The notes beneath the pieces were generated by a model. That model was not told where the DNA came from. It did no database searches and saw only the letters and a list, made by a program, of their open reading frames with translations. Below are positions 1-12,876 of a DNA stretch of 46,162 bases, one piece after another (the first letter of the stretch is position 1; every line of letters starts with the position of its first letter). The translations under genes were made by a program, and so were the position numbers. The DNA is from Moniliella sp. 'wahieum' (lineage: Eukaryota), in assembly GCA_003971905.1 (NCBI GenBank), contig RSEE01000156.1, forward strand, positions 62,001 through 108,162, given 5' to 3'.

Positions 1-2326
1 TCCCTCCTCGGAGGAGCCTGCTACCCGCTCAATCGAGGGGGCAATCGCTTTGTCAAATAGTTCAATCACCTTGTCCCGGAGGAGAATCAGATCTGCTGCC
101 AAACGCAAGCCCGGGCCAAGCGCATGTCCTGTTGCCCCTGCATAGCGAGCAGGCGGTCTTGCTGGGCAAGGGGATTGGGGTCCCCACTCGTGAAAGGGGA
201 GTCGAGGATCGCTCCATGGGGACAGGGGTAGCCCGTCCAGAGCTTAATAGTTCTGCAGGGTCTGGCACGGACGTAGGAAGAAGGTCTTGAGCTTCAATCT
301 TGTCTTCCAACCAGTGCGAAAAGCGAGATAGTAAATGCAAGGTCGATTTCCACTGGCGCGCGAGGAGATCATCAAGGCTCACTCGTGCATCCCAGATGGA
401 AGAAAGAGCATCCCACATAGCCGCTGTCGATAGCAGAAGGAATCCCCCCCTTCCCCCTTCTTCCGAAGCAAGTGCAGGCTCCAACTGGGCCACGATGCTG
501 CGCATGCGTAATTGCCAGTACACTGCCATGGGCCAGCGCCGGCTAAAGTGTATATAGGCTGGGTGAGCCCAGAGGGAAGTGGTCCACTCTTGTTGAGCCT
601 TGGAAGGTAAGGGAGGACACAGGATGGACACCAGGCAAGATAAGAAGGCCTGGGTGAGGAGGTAGTTGCTGTGGAACGCATCAGGGTGTCCGACCAAGAA
701 AAGTTGACTCACCCTCGCCTCCAGCAGAGGCAGAATGTATGGCCATACAACGTCGGTGAGCAAGTCTAGCTGTTCGGCACAGAGAGGGACAAAAGCCTTT
801 AACTCAGTCTCGGCCACGCTCAGTATGGCGTTGTAGCAATTGGATAATGCTTGTTGCGACCCCTTGTCCCCAGTGGACGACATCAACTCGCCTAAAGAAC
901 GCCCTTGAGCCTGCACTTGGGATAAACGGGGTTCAGGTCGGCTGGAGCGTTGACAAGGGCGAGGAGCTGGTTGACAGTTGAGGAGGAGGCGAGCGCTTCA
1001 GGTGAGAGGATCTAGGAATTGTCAGCGGTTCACATCATCAGAGTATGGAGGCCACATACAGGATCTAAGATCTGCTCCACCAAATGGAGGCCCAACAAGG
1101 CCTCCGCTCGCTGAGTAGCCTTCTCCCCCGAAGGAAGGGAGCGAGGATGTGGATGCGAAAGTATAGAAAGACAGCGAGTAAACCAGGCCCGCTGCTCCGA
1201 CAATGGGTCTTGCTCTGTGGGGAGGAAAGCCGCAAAAGGGCAAGATGCGAATCTTCTCTCCCTTTCAAGTGAGCAAAAAGCAAACTCCCTGCGCTTGGAT
1301 CCCGATCGAGAAGCTCTTTCAGCACTTTCTCTGTCGCATCGAAGAGATGGGTTTGACAGAGGGATGCTTGGTCCATAAGAGTGTAAATGAACGCATCCAC
1401 TAATGGACTGATTGAGGGCTCAATCCCGCTCTCACTGTCCACATTTTCTGAAGAAGCGGGCCTCTGCCGCTCCTGCTGGAATGAGTCCAACGTCCCCCAA
1501 AGCTGGGACAAGCGATTAGACACATCCTCTAAAACATCAGGATGGATGAGGTTTGGTACTGGGCGTCGCCACAGCCGGTGACTCTGAAACAGTGGTGATG
1601 CTCGAGACAGAGGACCAAAGCGGATCGTCATCTTCGTCATCAGAATAGAGATCGTCTCCTTGTAAAGTGTACACTGACGATTTTTGCAAGTTCGGCGCCT
1701 CTCCTCCACCACCGAAGAATGAAGCAGAGTTTTCAGCGCCCCAATCTCCGTGTCGAGAGCGAGCAGTTGGGCAATGTATGCATCAGTCCTCTGAGCCTGG
1801 GAACGTTCCGAAACGAGATGAGCCAGCTCTTGGTGGAGGGACTTGAGCTCAGAGTGGGTTGAATCGATAGCCAATCGCAGCCCTGTAACGCCCTCACTAG
1901 GGGACGGAGGGAAGGGGGCAACAGATGTGCTTTTCCGTCAGGGACTGGCTGATGGGCCAAACGTTCGATACGCGGAACCTCCTTGCGCACCTCGGAGGCC
2001 AAACCAACAAACTGGCGGTAATCGCGGTTGATCGTCTCAGCGAGCTCGTCAGAGAGATGGGTGCTGTGGTCCCGAAGCTCAGTGAGGATGGCGAACAAGT
2101 CCTGTCGTACAATCAACTGGTCATCCTGCGAGTCCTGTGCACCGTCTCGCACCTCGTCCCCTGGCGTGGGCAAGGCGGCAAGCCGGCGGGAGAGCAGGAA
2201 GGCATCCGGGTCAAAGTCTGCGCACACGGCAGGGCTAAGAAGAGAGTTGCTGCCATCGAGTGTCAAATCAGGAGGGCGCAAGTCGGCCTCCCAGGGGTCG
2301 GTGCCGCTGGTGGCGGTGTTCGCCAT
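1..2326 (-). CDS. COG2: Conserved oligomeric Golgi complex subunit 2, frameshifted; 3' end runs off the window
   Basis: N-terminus FDPDAFLLSRR..LTELRDHSTHLSDELAETINRDYRQFVGL resembles the COG2 N-domain. Distal ORF LFLVGHPDAFHSNY..F..RWPMAVYWQLR resembles the COG2 C-terminal region. Pieces lie in ORFs 1733-2326, 1065-1874 and 62-916. Confidence 0.8.
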
Positions 2327-4801
2327 GCTTGCGGGTCAGCTGATGGTGGTGGTGGTGTCGCAACTTGGAATGCACCACCTGCGTGTTTGGGGGCCAGTTG
2401 GCAGCCTCCAGTCCCGTTCCGCCGCGAGTAGTGATGCGTGGGCAAACGGGTGATGATCGGACCTGCTCTTTGAAGCTGAGATTTTAAAACTTTGACTGAC
2501 TTTTATCCCACTATCATTGCGTGTGAGGGGTTGTGTGGAAGCGAGCAATAAGGCCTAAGGCCTAAGGGAGGAGATGATGTGGTGCAATCAGGGGGAGGCC
2601 GCCCGGAGGAGCAACAGGGAGGGGCGCAACAAGGGAGGAACAGAGGTAGAACGGGGCCGCATCGCATAGGTTGCCGGTTGGGACCACAATCCATTAGCAT
2701 CTTTGCCGGCAGTTGGATGCATAGCAACAACCTTTGAACGAATGCGCACAACGGACCCTCTTGGGTGACCATCTTCGTCTTCATTATAGTACCCGTCTCC
2801 TTTTGGCGGAGGCCACATATCAGCCTCGAACCAAACAGCGGGTCTCATTCATACCACCGTGGAAGTTCCCGATATATAACCGCTTGACCAATCACTAATC
2901 ACCCTGCTCCGCATACTACTATTAATATAAAACTGTGGCTTTTTGCTGATCCCAAACGTGATGTTGGCCAATCCGCTAACCATTCTGAAAATCAGCTCTG
3001 AAGTCCGCCTTTCACTTGTTGCTTTTGAATCTGTGATCCCGACCTTTTCCCCTGGACCCCCACACACTTAATACTACTTCTCCACCGACTCTGATCGACA
3101 CTTATACAAAAACCTTACTCTGTATACTAGTACTCCTTTTTGCCCGTTCCCACGTGAGTCTTCAGGACTGCCTATTGCCAAGCCACTTGACACCGTAACT
3201 TCACGAGTATACTTGACTTGCTTCGGACTACAAAAACAGATCCTCCCCGCTCATGGACACCCCCTGACTGATTGAACTTTTCGGTATACAGCTATTGGAT
3301 TCAAATACTCTGAGCAGTCGCCCTTGTCTATACTCCTTCGCAGTGAGCGAATTTAAGGAACCACAGGGATGCAATCAGCAGGTCAGCACACTCAGGTGCC
3401 CGTCCACCGTCCTTTTTATTGACAAATTCACAGCATTGATGTCTTTAGGGGGATGTATAGATGCAGCCATATTATCAGAATATGCCATCAGTGCAGACGA
3501 GCCAACACATTGCCACATTACCAAGAGAACACACATGTTGGTCTAAAGAGGCTCACATTTTCTCCTCTTTTCGTTTCCCAACTGCAAATGAATGCGGAAA
3601 GAGCTCCTACGGATTAAAAGTCGGCGAAAAGGCACATACGCGTTTCCGACGGTACACAGAGGTGACGGTCTATATACATGATGCACACAAGTGAAAGAAA
3701 CCTGCTAAGTCTCCTCCGTTTGACAACAGTCTAACACGATGAAACGATGACAAAGGGAGTTCTGTGCGTAGCATTTTTTTGGTATAGAGGCCTAATTAGA
3801 CGAGATACGTTTGATCAAGTCTTGATATTCCTGTTTGAATATCGAGCCTTGACCGGGGGGTTCTTGTCCATGTATATCAACTTCGTTTCCATAAAGAAGA
3901 GAGCTTTACAATCAAAGTATTTTCACAGTTTTCGACAGATAACCGACGGTCTCTTGATATGTAATAACCACATTTACACCTATCTATAGCTCAAAGGAAA
4001 CTATGCGGTGTTCATCATCTTATCAAAATGAGACCGTGCGCAGTCCCGTCGCCGCACGTATTCTGCGTGTCTGCCAACACGCGCCGCAGTTTTGTTGCTG
4101 CGAAGATCCATGCGTACACTCAACTGCGATGCCACACCAGTCAGTATTATTACTCTGCTGTAGAATATATGTTCGAACTCAATATCAAAACAGAATCGAT
4201 TCAGGCCTGTAAGTGACTAGAGAATTCGTTCTGGGGAAGAGACGGTGAAATATGCTGCCGTCTCTGCAGCACTCTTGACATGCCATCACAGTCATACTCC
4301 AACTTGTCACGTAACGCGTAACGGTAACACTCCCCTCCTCTGTGTATTCTGGTGCGGATATGATGCGGAAGACGATGACACCAAATGGCAACCTCGAGAT
4401 TAGATGTGCTACTACTACATTTGACTGTTGTTCGCGTGAGCGGCTCATAGGAACAAACCGCAACTGGTGGGGATCAAAGTTGCAGTTCGCCGTGCTTAAT
4501 ACTTGTTGGCTCGGATCTCTGTCATGGAGAGCCCCAAAGGAAATGGCATACACACATCGATAAGTCATGCTCTATGGGCTGGCCGTGTTCCAGCTATTGC
4601 CTCTATTACATGCTACACTCATCTCTGTTGGAGTGTGGTGGCATCTGACACCACTGGACGTGATGGCTTTTGATCGGCCATGTCGCTGGCAGCCGGAACT
4701 GGCTACAGAGTTCCGCAACTTGCGCGCTTTGGATTGGTTAGCGTCGCGCCTTGTTCCCCTGCTTCCTCTTCTCCCTGTGGCATTCAAGGTCGGATTAGCG
4801 T

Positions 4802-5230
4802 CGGGAGCTTAAAAGAAGCTATCGGGCACAGCGCACCGACTACCGCGTGACGGGGCCTGGAGCACTGGGAGGATCAGGAATGGAGGTCGACCACACGCTG
4901 CGCGACACGGGAACGCAAGAGGCGCAGAGCGCGTACCGGCGGGTGGTGCACGATAGCACTGCGTCGCCTTTGGAACGCCGGGAGAAGGAACTGCTTCGGA
5001 TGCTTGAACAAGCAGAATGCGACAAGACGCCAAGTACCAGGGACGCACTCAAGAGCCGTTTTTTCCCCCTGGTTTTGACGACGCGAGGATACTACGGCAC
5101 CAAGACGGCGGGCAAGTTGTTCGCGCATTGGAAGGAGTTGGCTACTAAGTCTCAGTGGAAATGGTTCCTCGCTCGGATGTCAACACGTTCCTCCGTGTCC
5201 ACACGCGCTTCCTACGGTACGGGACCGGAT
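4802..5230 (+). mobile_element. 3' relic of a non-LTR retrotransposon with a restriction-like endonuclease (RLE; CRE/Cnl1-like)
   Basis: Reading frame gives QRTDYRVTGPGALGGSGMEVDHT (R-x-D...D) ..RREKE.. FFPLVLTTRGYYG..AGKLF..W, matching the motif order of RLE C-termini. An in-frame TAG lies at 4796 and no RT domain is visible. Confidence 0.55.
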
Positions 5231-6325
5231 GGCGTGAGCCGGAGGGTCCTGATATCCTGGCGATCCCCCTGGTCCCTTGACCCTGGTGGCGCCCCCAAGT
5301 AACCCCCGCAAGATGAACGGTTCGGTTTAGACGTAGCGTTCCCCCTGTCCCAGCCTCAAGCTCTGTCAATGATATGAATTCAGAAGCTATCTATGTTGAC
5401 TACGTTGACTGTTGTTTCCGCGCTGCGCAGTGCAATCGATCGTCCTTAACTTTGCAGCGGAGCTACAGCATCGAATCCACATCCTTTGCTTCCCTTGGTG
5501 CTTCGTCTCACTCGTATCGCCCGCGACTCTTACACAGATAGGGCGAGAGATAACCGACAATAACCGGTAACATTACCTAACGCGTCAACTACACATTACA
5601 GGTTGGGAAGAGGGCCCCTGAGGCTGCTGAGTACGCTGAGTCCTAGGTCGGGGGCTTCTGAGATTCTGAGGGCCTAACGTGTAACGCGCGTAACGAGTGA
5701 CGGCTTGATTTAACCGATATAACCGGATAACCCACGTAACCAGTTCGTTATCGCTACAATGGATGATGCGTGATGGATTATGCTATTCGATGATCGATTT
5801 GATCACCGGTCAGTTATCGGTACTCAGTGTACTGAGACTCCGTACTGACCGGTGAGCGGTGAGCGTGTGAGCGCGTGAGCGACTGGTGGACGGGAATCAG
5901 TGATCCGGGCGTGTGATGCCGGTGACGTGCGGCGGGTGCTAGTCGCCATCCATGGGCGCAGGCACGTGTTGGACGCGGCGGAGGCAGGTGGGGTGGGGCC
6001 GGAGGGGGTGGGCGTGAGTAGACCCTGCGTTGGCCAGGCCTGGTCTGGCCCGCGAGGCTATAGGTGGCTGCGCCATCCGAACCACGCGGTAGCGAGTGCA
6101 TGTGGCCAGTCGCACCAGAGCAGTGTCCAGCCACGGTTCGGGGGAGATAAGGCCGAGAGGCCGATAACGCGGAACGAGGACGAGGCTGCGAACAATGTGT
6201 TTGTCCTTCGACATGATTCAGGCACATTGCAGTCCAGCAGTGTCCGGGGAAACGGGTCAACGTGGTACACATTTAAGCGCCCCTGCGCCATGCATCGGCA
6301 TCAGTACATCTCAGCTCCTGAGCGC

Positions 6326-6378
6326 TGAGGCGTTGAGGCACTGAGGCACTGAGGCACTGAGGCACTGAGGCACTGAGG
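6326..6378. repeat. (TGAGGCAC)n 8-mer tandem repeat
   Basis: About 5-6 direct copies visible. Confidence 0.9.
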
Positions 6379-6736
6379 GTGCGAGCAGGCTGGGGCTCAG
6401 TGCGTGCCACATGTCAGAGAGCGAGAAGTAGAGCTCGTGGGTTGAAGCGTTGAACAGTTGAACGTCAACATAAAACTGTTCGTGCAAAATTTGAGCTGCA
6501 ACGCTCTCGTCGTCAAATTCGCAGAAAAATTAAATCGACCTTCCAAATAGCAAGCGCGAACCCGAACTGCCGTAGGGAAAGCCCGCCGGAGTGACCCGCT
6601 GTGTGACAAAATGTGACCGGGATATCAGTGTGATCTGGGACGCATGGTGTATGATGCACATGATGCATGATGCATGACTTGACATGTGACATCGATGATA
6701 TCGATAGGGATCGAGCTTCGAGCGTCTTTAAGCTTT

Positions 6737-6770
6737 ACTAGTTACTAGTTACTAGTTACTAGTTACTAGT
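6737..6770. repeat. (ACTAGTT)n heptamer repeat
   Basis: Four full copies plus ACTAGT. Confidence 0.95.
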
Positions 6771-7220
6771 GACTTGTTGGAGACGTGGTGGCATACTTGT
6801 CGTACAAGACGAATCCGTATGGACGAGTACCTGAGTAACTGAGTACTGACGCGTGACGCGTGACGTGCTGAGCGCTGACGCGCTGACGACGCTGACGGAC
6901 TGACCGGTCACCGGTGAGAATCTCAGTCAGACCAGATTATCGATTAGTCGATTAGACAAGAAGGCGCAGTGATCGAGTGATCGATGATCGAAGATCTCGA
7001 GAAGCATGGGGTGCCTGCCGCATGATCCAGCCTGCGCCTGAATCCCTGAGCCTTCACTCAACTTCAACAGGTGTACTGAGATACCTTTTTGAGTGTACTC
7101 CTGAGTGCCCCGTGCGGGGGCCGGCGGGCCGCCAGTGCAGAGCAGCACCACAGCATCACGCTACCACTACGTCTTTTCCTGCCGGGCTGCTGAGCCCGAG
7201 GAGGTTGGCCCATGATCGCG

Positions 7221-7248
7221 ATCGATGATCGATGATCGATGATCGATG
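7221..7248. repeat. (ATCGATG)4 heptamer repeat
   Basis: Four perfect copies. Confidence 0.95.
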
Positions 7249-8222
7249 AGTTTGGCGTGTCCGCGTGGGTTTGGGCTGCTTGGGGGACCGGGAGGGGCGA
7301 CGCTTTGGGGCGCGGGGTGTGGGAGGGTGTGGGACCTGGACTCTATCGACCTGAGGATCTGATTCCTTGCTGTGAGGTGCTGGTGCCTGGCGAGCGTTCC
7401 ACGTTCCCGTCGAGTTCGAGCTGGCAGTGCGAGGCAGTGCCACGAGTTTCGAAGTAGAGCTGCGAGCGCTCACGCTTCAAGCCTCCCTATTCATTAGGCA
7501 CCGGGGGACTTGCGTTATGCATTATGCATGCATCAGGCCAAAGAGTGATTATCGTATGTCTCGGCAAAAGAGGTGCCCGGTGCCCAACCAAACGGCGTCA
7601 CCGGGTCACCCGCCACCCTGTCACTACGCACTTCTCCTGGGCTTGGAAGGGCTGCTGTTCAAGCGCTCAAGGCTGTGGAAGCGGGGGCCGAGCCCCAGAT
7701 CATCGATCATGCATCATACATCACATCATGCATCATGTGTATGGTGAAAGAGATGAAAATATCATCGAATCATCGATCATCTTCGTTCAGTACTCGCTTA
7801 GTGCCACAGGGAACTCGTTCATCATTCGCACGAGCGATTCCATTCGGCGGCACCGCCCCTGACCGTGACCGCCGCCCCTCTCCCGCCCCAGATGCAGGAC
7901 GCCTGCCAGCAGGGGGGGTGAGCGCTGGCCAGGTACACGCCAGCACATGGCACTCGCGCATATGGTCCGTTGGCTGCAGCCCGCGCATTTTTTTCTCACA
8001 CTCGCCCTCTGCTGTGCTTGAGCTGTTCGAGGAACCATATGGCCTCCACGGGCACACGTCCAGGTCGGTAGAGCAGGTTGCGGCTGCTGAGCTCCCTGGC
8101 CTGTGCTAGCTACTGAGGCTGGATCGAATGGGCTGCCCCGTATATGGTGGGCTGGCAATCAGCACCGTGATCATAGTCCCATCCCCCTCTCCCCTTCGTT
8201 CCTTCCTAAGCCCCCTCTCGTC

Positions 8223-10361
8223 ATGGCTACGTTTGGCGGTAACCTCGCTGGCCTCGCTCTCTCAGAGCCTGCACCAGGCCGTGACTCTCTCGTTCCACGC
8301 TATTGCGCAGGAGGACCATGTGTACGACGACTACAAGGGCGAGTCGGCCTCCCACAACTTGCCCTCCTACGGTGACTTGGTCTACCCGGGCAACAATGGT
8401 GCCACTCTCGAAGAGTACATGTACTGGGCTCGTGTCCAGCGTGAGGAAGAACGCCAAGAGGAGCTCAAGGGCCACGGAGCCACCTCGTCCACATTTGTGG
8501 ACGTGTTAATCGGCATGTACCGCAAGTCGCGCTGGATGAAGCGCAAGCCCGCTCGTGCTGATGCTGCCCTCGATGAAAACATTGAGGTCGATGAACATGG
8601 CTACCCTATCGAAAAGAGTAATGGCAAGCCCGAGACGCTCACTACGGACCTCTCCCCCCGCAATTGGAGGGCATCACCGACCCCAAAACGCTCGAGGGTC
8701 TTACCACTGCCCGCACCATGCGCATTGCTAGCGCTACCAGTGTCTTCTTCCTGATTACCACTGATATTCTCGGCCCTAGCTCGGCTCCTTACGGTATGAG
8801 TCAAAACGGATGGGCTCAAGGCAACATTCTCTTCTTGTGTTTGGCGCCGCGGCCGCTGTGGCTGCTTACGCCATTCAATGGCTTTTCCTCCGGCTCGACT
8901 CGACCCGCTTCCCTGTCAAGACGTACGGTGACATTGGCCATCGTCTCATGGGTCCGTGGATGCGCCACATCATTTCTTTCCTCCAGTTTATTCAGCTTCT
9001 CGTCAACTGCGTCTGTTGGTGCTCGGTAACGGTCAGGCTCTCGTCCAGATTATCAACCAGTACCATCACAAACTTTGCTTCAGTGTCTGCGTGGTCATCT
9101 TTGCGATCATTGGCATGATCCTTGCTCAGGGTATGTTTAATTTCAATGAACCCCACGATCCGACAACTTGCTACCCCACGGAGTAGTACTGACTCTTCTC
9201 TTCGTTGCTTCCTTCTCAGTCCGTACCCTGCGCGGCCTCGGTTTGATGTCTAACCTGTCTACAGTTTTGAACTGGGCCATTTGCATTATCAGGTAGTTCT
9301 TCTTGCTTTGAGCAACTATGGGGCCAATACTAACCAGCCTCTTGCCTTGTGTCTAGCATGGTCGTCATCAAGACCAAGGGGTACAGCGATGAAGCCGTCG
9401 CTCTCCAACTGGAAACAACCTCTAGTTGGGTGGCGGACCACCCTGCTGTTCAAACCGCCTGGCCTCACATCGACATTTCGGACCAAATCCAAGGTGTCAA
9501 CCTGCTTATCTTTGCCTACGGTGGTGCCATGATCTTCCCTGAACTGTTGTCTGAGATGAAGCAGCCTAAATCGTTCTGGAAGGGCTGCTGCATTGCCCAA
9601 CTTGTTATTTACGTTGTCTACGTTGTTTACGCCTGTGTTATCTACAGCGGAGGTACGCATCGTTTCCCCGCCTTTCTCTTGCTCTCAAATTGACTGACCC
9701 TTCAATTTTCTTCAGCTGGCCAATACTCTCTGTCGGTCGGGTACCAGATTATGGCGAAAGGTGCCCCTCTGACGGTGTGCAACATCTTCAGTATCATCAC
9801 TGCTGTTGTGGCTGCTGCCATTTACGGTAATGTCGGCATTCGCGTGGCATACGTGAGTGTGCTGGAAGACATTTTCCGATTCCCTTCGATCTTTACTCGG
9901 TCTGGGCGCGTGATCTGGTTCGTGTGGTCCATTCTCTTCTGGGCGCTTGCGTTTATCATTGGTTCGGCCATTCCTCAGATCAACTCCCTCTCGGGTCTTA
10001 TCTCGGCCATTGCTATCTGCAACTTTTCGTACACGTTCCCCTTCCTCTTCGTTTACATCTGGCTCGTCCATGCCGATGCTATGGCAGCCGATGGCGAGTG
10101 GACCCCTACAGCGGCAGTATGCGCGTTGACCACTGGACCCAATGGAGCCGCTTGCGCCGCGGCATGTTTGGTGGCGGCATGTACAAATTGCCCCTAGGCA
10201 TTAAGCTGCCCGCTGGCTGGTCAAGGGGTTCGTACTCACTCTCTCTGGGTGGCCTGACCATGTCGGGCTTGGGTCTCTATGCCGCTGCCATCACCCTCCG
10301 TACCGCCTTTGACGGTAGTGGTGCCACCGCCACCTCCTTTGGGTGTGCGGCGACTGTCTAA
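8223..10361 (+). CDS. Amino acid/auxin permease family transporter (Neurospora Mtr-like neutral amino acid permease), frameshifted
   Basis: Motifs TLEEYMYWARVQREEE, VFFLITTDILGPSSAPY, PVKTYGDIG, IFAYGGAMIFPELLSEMKQPKSFWKG and IGSAIPQINSLSGLI, with many hydrophobic segments. GT-AG introns at 9131-9219, 9293-9356 and 9653-9715. Start codon uncertain. Confidence 0.85.
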
Positions 10362-12140
10362 AGCGGTCGTGTTTATCGCTTGCCTTCTGTGATTCCCCCG
10401 TTGGGTCGATTTTGTTAATGATTAGAAGTAACGGAGAACGATCCCTTATGATCTGGTTCTGTACCTGCCTTTTCTTGCTGTCGCTCTCGAAGATAGAAGA
10501 GAAACACCCCTTTGTATAGATAGAGTAGGACATTCGAGCTCAAATGCCAGTTGGTTGTGGCACAGGAATGCCACCCGCACTCCGTTTGCAAGTGATGGAC
10601 CCTCTCGGGTCAAGGGTCACAAGGGAGGGCTATGGGCTATGTTGTGTGGGAGTGTGGGTTACTCCGGCAGCAGTGAGTCAGTGATACGTCGGAGCTTTCC
10701 AGAGGCATATATGTATCTTTGTGGCGGGTGGTTAGCATATCCAGTACCACCAGTGGGTCTAGTACAACAAGTAGTGCAATACTCTAATTTCATCATGTCA
10801 CTCTCTCCCGCGCAAGCGTCCAATCCCCCCTCCCTCCCTCCATTCTCTAAAGCCAGAGGCGAAACACTCATGCAAGAGGCAAGCGACCAAGACGGCAGAC
10901 GGCAATGAGAAGTTGCGCGTCTCTTCCAAAAAGGGCCCACTGTTTTCCTTAACCAGCTGAGACGCGGGGGATCTCATCTCCTAATTGTCTGGACAAGAAC
11001 GTACGCGTCCGTGGCTCAAAAATAGTACATCCGGAAGGGTTTGAACTAACAAATGAGTGCCGATAGCGGGAGAGGGGGTGAAACTCTTTCGTCTTTACCT
11101 CTCTGGAAAATCTCCCACGTTATTCTGTTTATACCTGTCATGCAGGGGCACTACAGGCCTGGTTCTTTGTGTATAAGCAGCCATGTCTACTGCTTCCTAG
11201 CTGTGGTCCTTGTCGACCATCCTGTCCCTAGTCTCCCGCTTTCCGTTCATCTTTCGCCCTTCTGCCTTCTACCACCCTTACAAATTTACGAATCACGTTC
11301 ATTACGCCGGCTACAAGCCGCGGTTACTCTCAGTAGTATAGTGCTTGCTCTTCTTTAGGACTCCTGCTTCCACCTACTGCAGCGCCTCGAGTTTGGTGAC
11401 TCTGCTGGGAAGAGCGGTACCGGTTACCCCGGCGGAGCCCCTGGATCCCTTCAAGTGCTCTGACGACCTACGTAAGCGACTGCTACCTCGGAGGGTCTGA
11501 GCTGCGGCCTCTGCACGCAGGCGGCCACCCAAACTAGAGGATCTCTCCCTCGCCTCTACACCTGCTCGGTTCAACCAGGATCTGAGGCCGGACCTAACGT
11601 ACGTGGCTCCGATTGCCCGTCCAAGGGCTTGGACCCTAAACTACAGGCGTGGGTCTCACCGCGGGGCTCTCCCCATGACAATGGTTGGAGGTGGCACCCA
11701 AATGTGACTTTCGACCCGGGCCAACCGGCGACACCTATCGGTGATACAAGCCAATGAGATGGGATGGCTCTTGGCTCCATGCACAGGGTTCCTCCGACGG
11801 TGGAACAGCTACGGTATACGAACCTTGCCCCTTTCCTTCAGGTGCGCCACCCTCTTGCGTTTCCTTGCGCTGCTACACAGCCAAGGAAGAGATACGAAGA
11901 AGATCAATGCGAGGGAAGGATGCCATGCTAATTAGTCTCGGCCGTGAAAAAAAGGGGGGGAGTGCGTCCTGCGAAGCAAGTCCTACGTCAGCGAATGGGC
12001 TCCGAGCGAGGCAGTTACGCCCAAGAAAAAAACATACCTGGAAGTGGAAGGCAGAGCAGAACCTAGGGGGACCACAGTTCCCGCTCCATCTCTATTCTGC
12101 GTAGCTACCATGTCCTTTATGGGCAGGATCGCACGAACAT

Positions 12141-12329
12141 TTACTCCTGGCTTTCAGCCTGGAGCTTAGCGTAGAAGTTGTCGCGCTTCTGGACGTAGGG
12201 CAGGTGGATGCCATACCAGAAGGCGGAGCCACCGGCAAAGCCGAGGCCCAGACCGACGGAAAGGTCGCGGAAAAAGCTCTTGCGGAGCATGCCCGTGATG
12301 GGCGCAATCTGGCCAGCGACAGCGGACAT
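12141..12329 (-). CDS. COX9: Cytochrome c oxidase subunit Cox9 (VIIa)
   Basis: MSAVAGQIAPITGMLRKSFFRDLSVGLGLG..FWYGIHLPYVQKRDNFYAKL has the IAPITG / single TM / KR..FY pattern of fungal Cox9. ORF is intact. Confidence 0.9.
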   Translation of the reverse strand: MSAVAGQIAPITGMLRKSFFRDLSVGLGLGFAGGSAFWYGIHLPYVQKRDNFYAKLQAESQE

Positions 12330-12876
12330 GTTGCGTAGAGAGGACAAGTGAGGCGCAAACGGTGGAGGAGAGGAGAGGAGATGAGCCTGCCGAGTCGGAC
12401 AACGCCCAACTGCAATTTGCCTGTGGTCACCTGGATGTCCAGCAGGCGCGAGAGGGCAGGCGGGTGGGTGGCACAGGACCAGCGTCCGGCTCTGCAGAAC
12501 CGGTACTGCCCCGTGCGATGCCGTGCGATGGGGACATTAGAAATGGGCCCGGCAACCCAATCGAGCAACCCTACTGCTGGGAGGCAAACGATTACCTCAG
12601 CGATGAAACGCGGACGGGCGATCTGAACGTTCACAGTCCAGACAGCGCCGATACTGAGGAGCTGTGGTTGACGTTGACATGTGACATGTTGACAGGATAG
12701 GTCTTAGGGTTAAGTGGAGCCACTTGGCGTATGGGCAGTGTGGGGCGGGGGCCTGAGACGGAGGGAGCCCATTTGAATTAGCGTGACGGCGCTGAGGCAT
12801 CTCAGATGTTGGCATCCGCTCCGCCTGGGGCCTGACTGGTTGAACCACACCACCGCCACTGGCCAGAGCCACACCC

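Noticed and set aside
2849..2851. Selenocysteine or read-through TGA
   Set aside because: No redox-motif context or SECIS-like hairpin recognised, and Dikarya are not known to use Sec.
10400..12100. Possible gene between the permease and COX9
   Set aside because: Only short, inconsistent ORFs with no recognisable domain. A decayed or orphan gene cannot be excluded but is unsupported.
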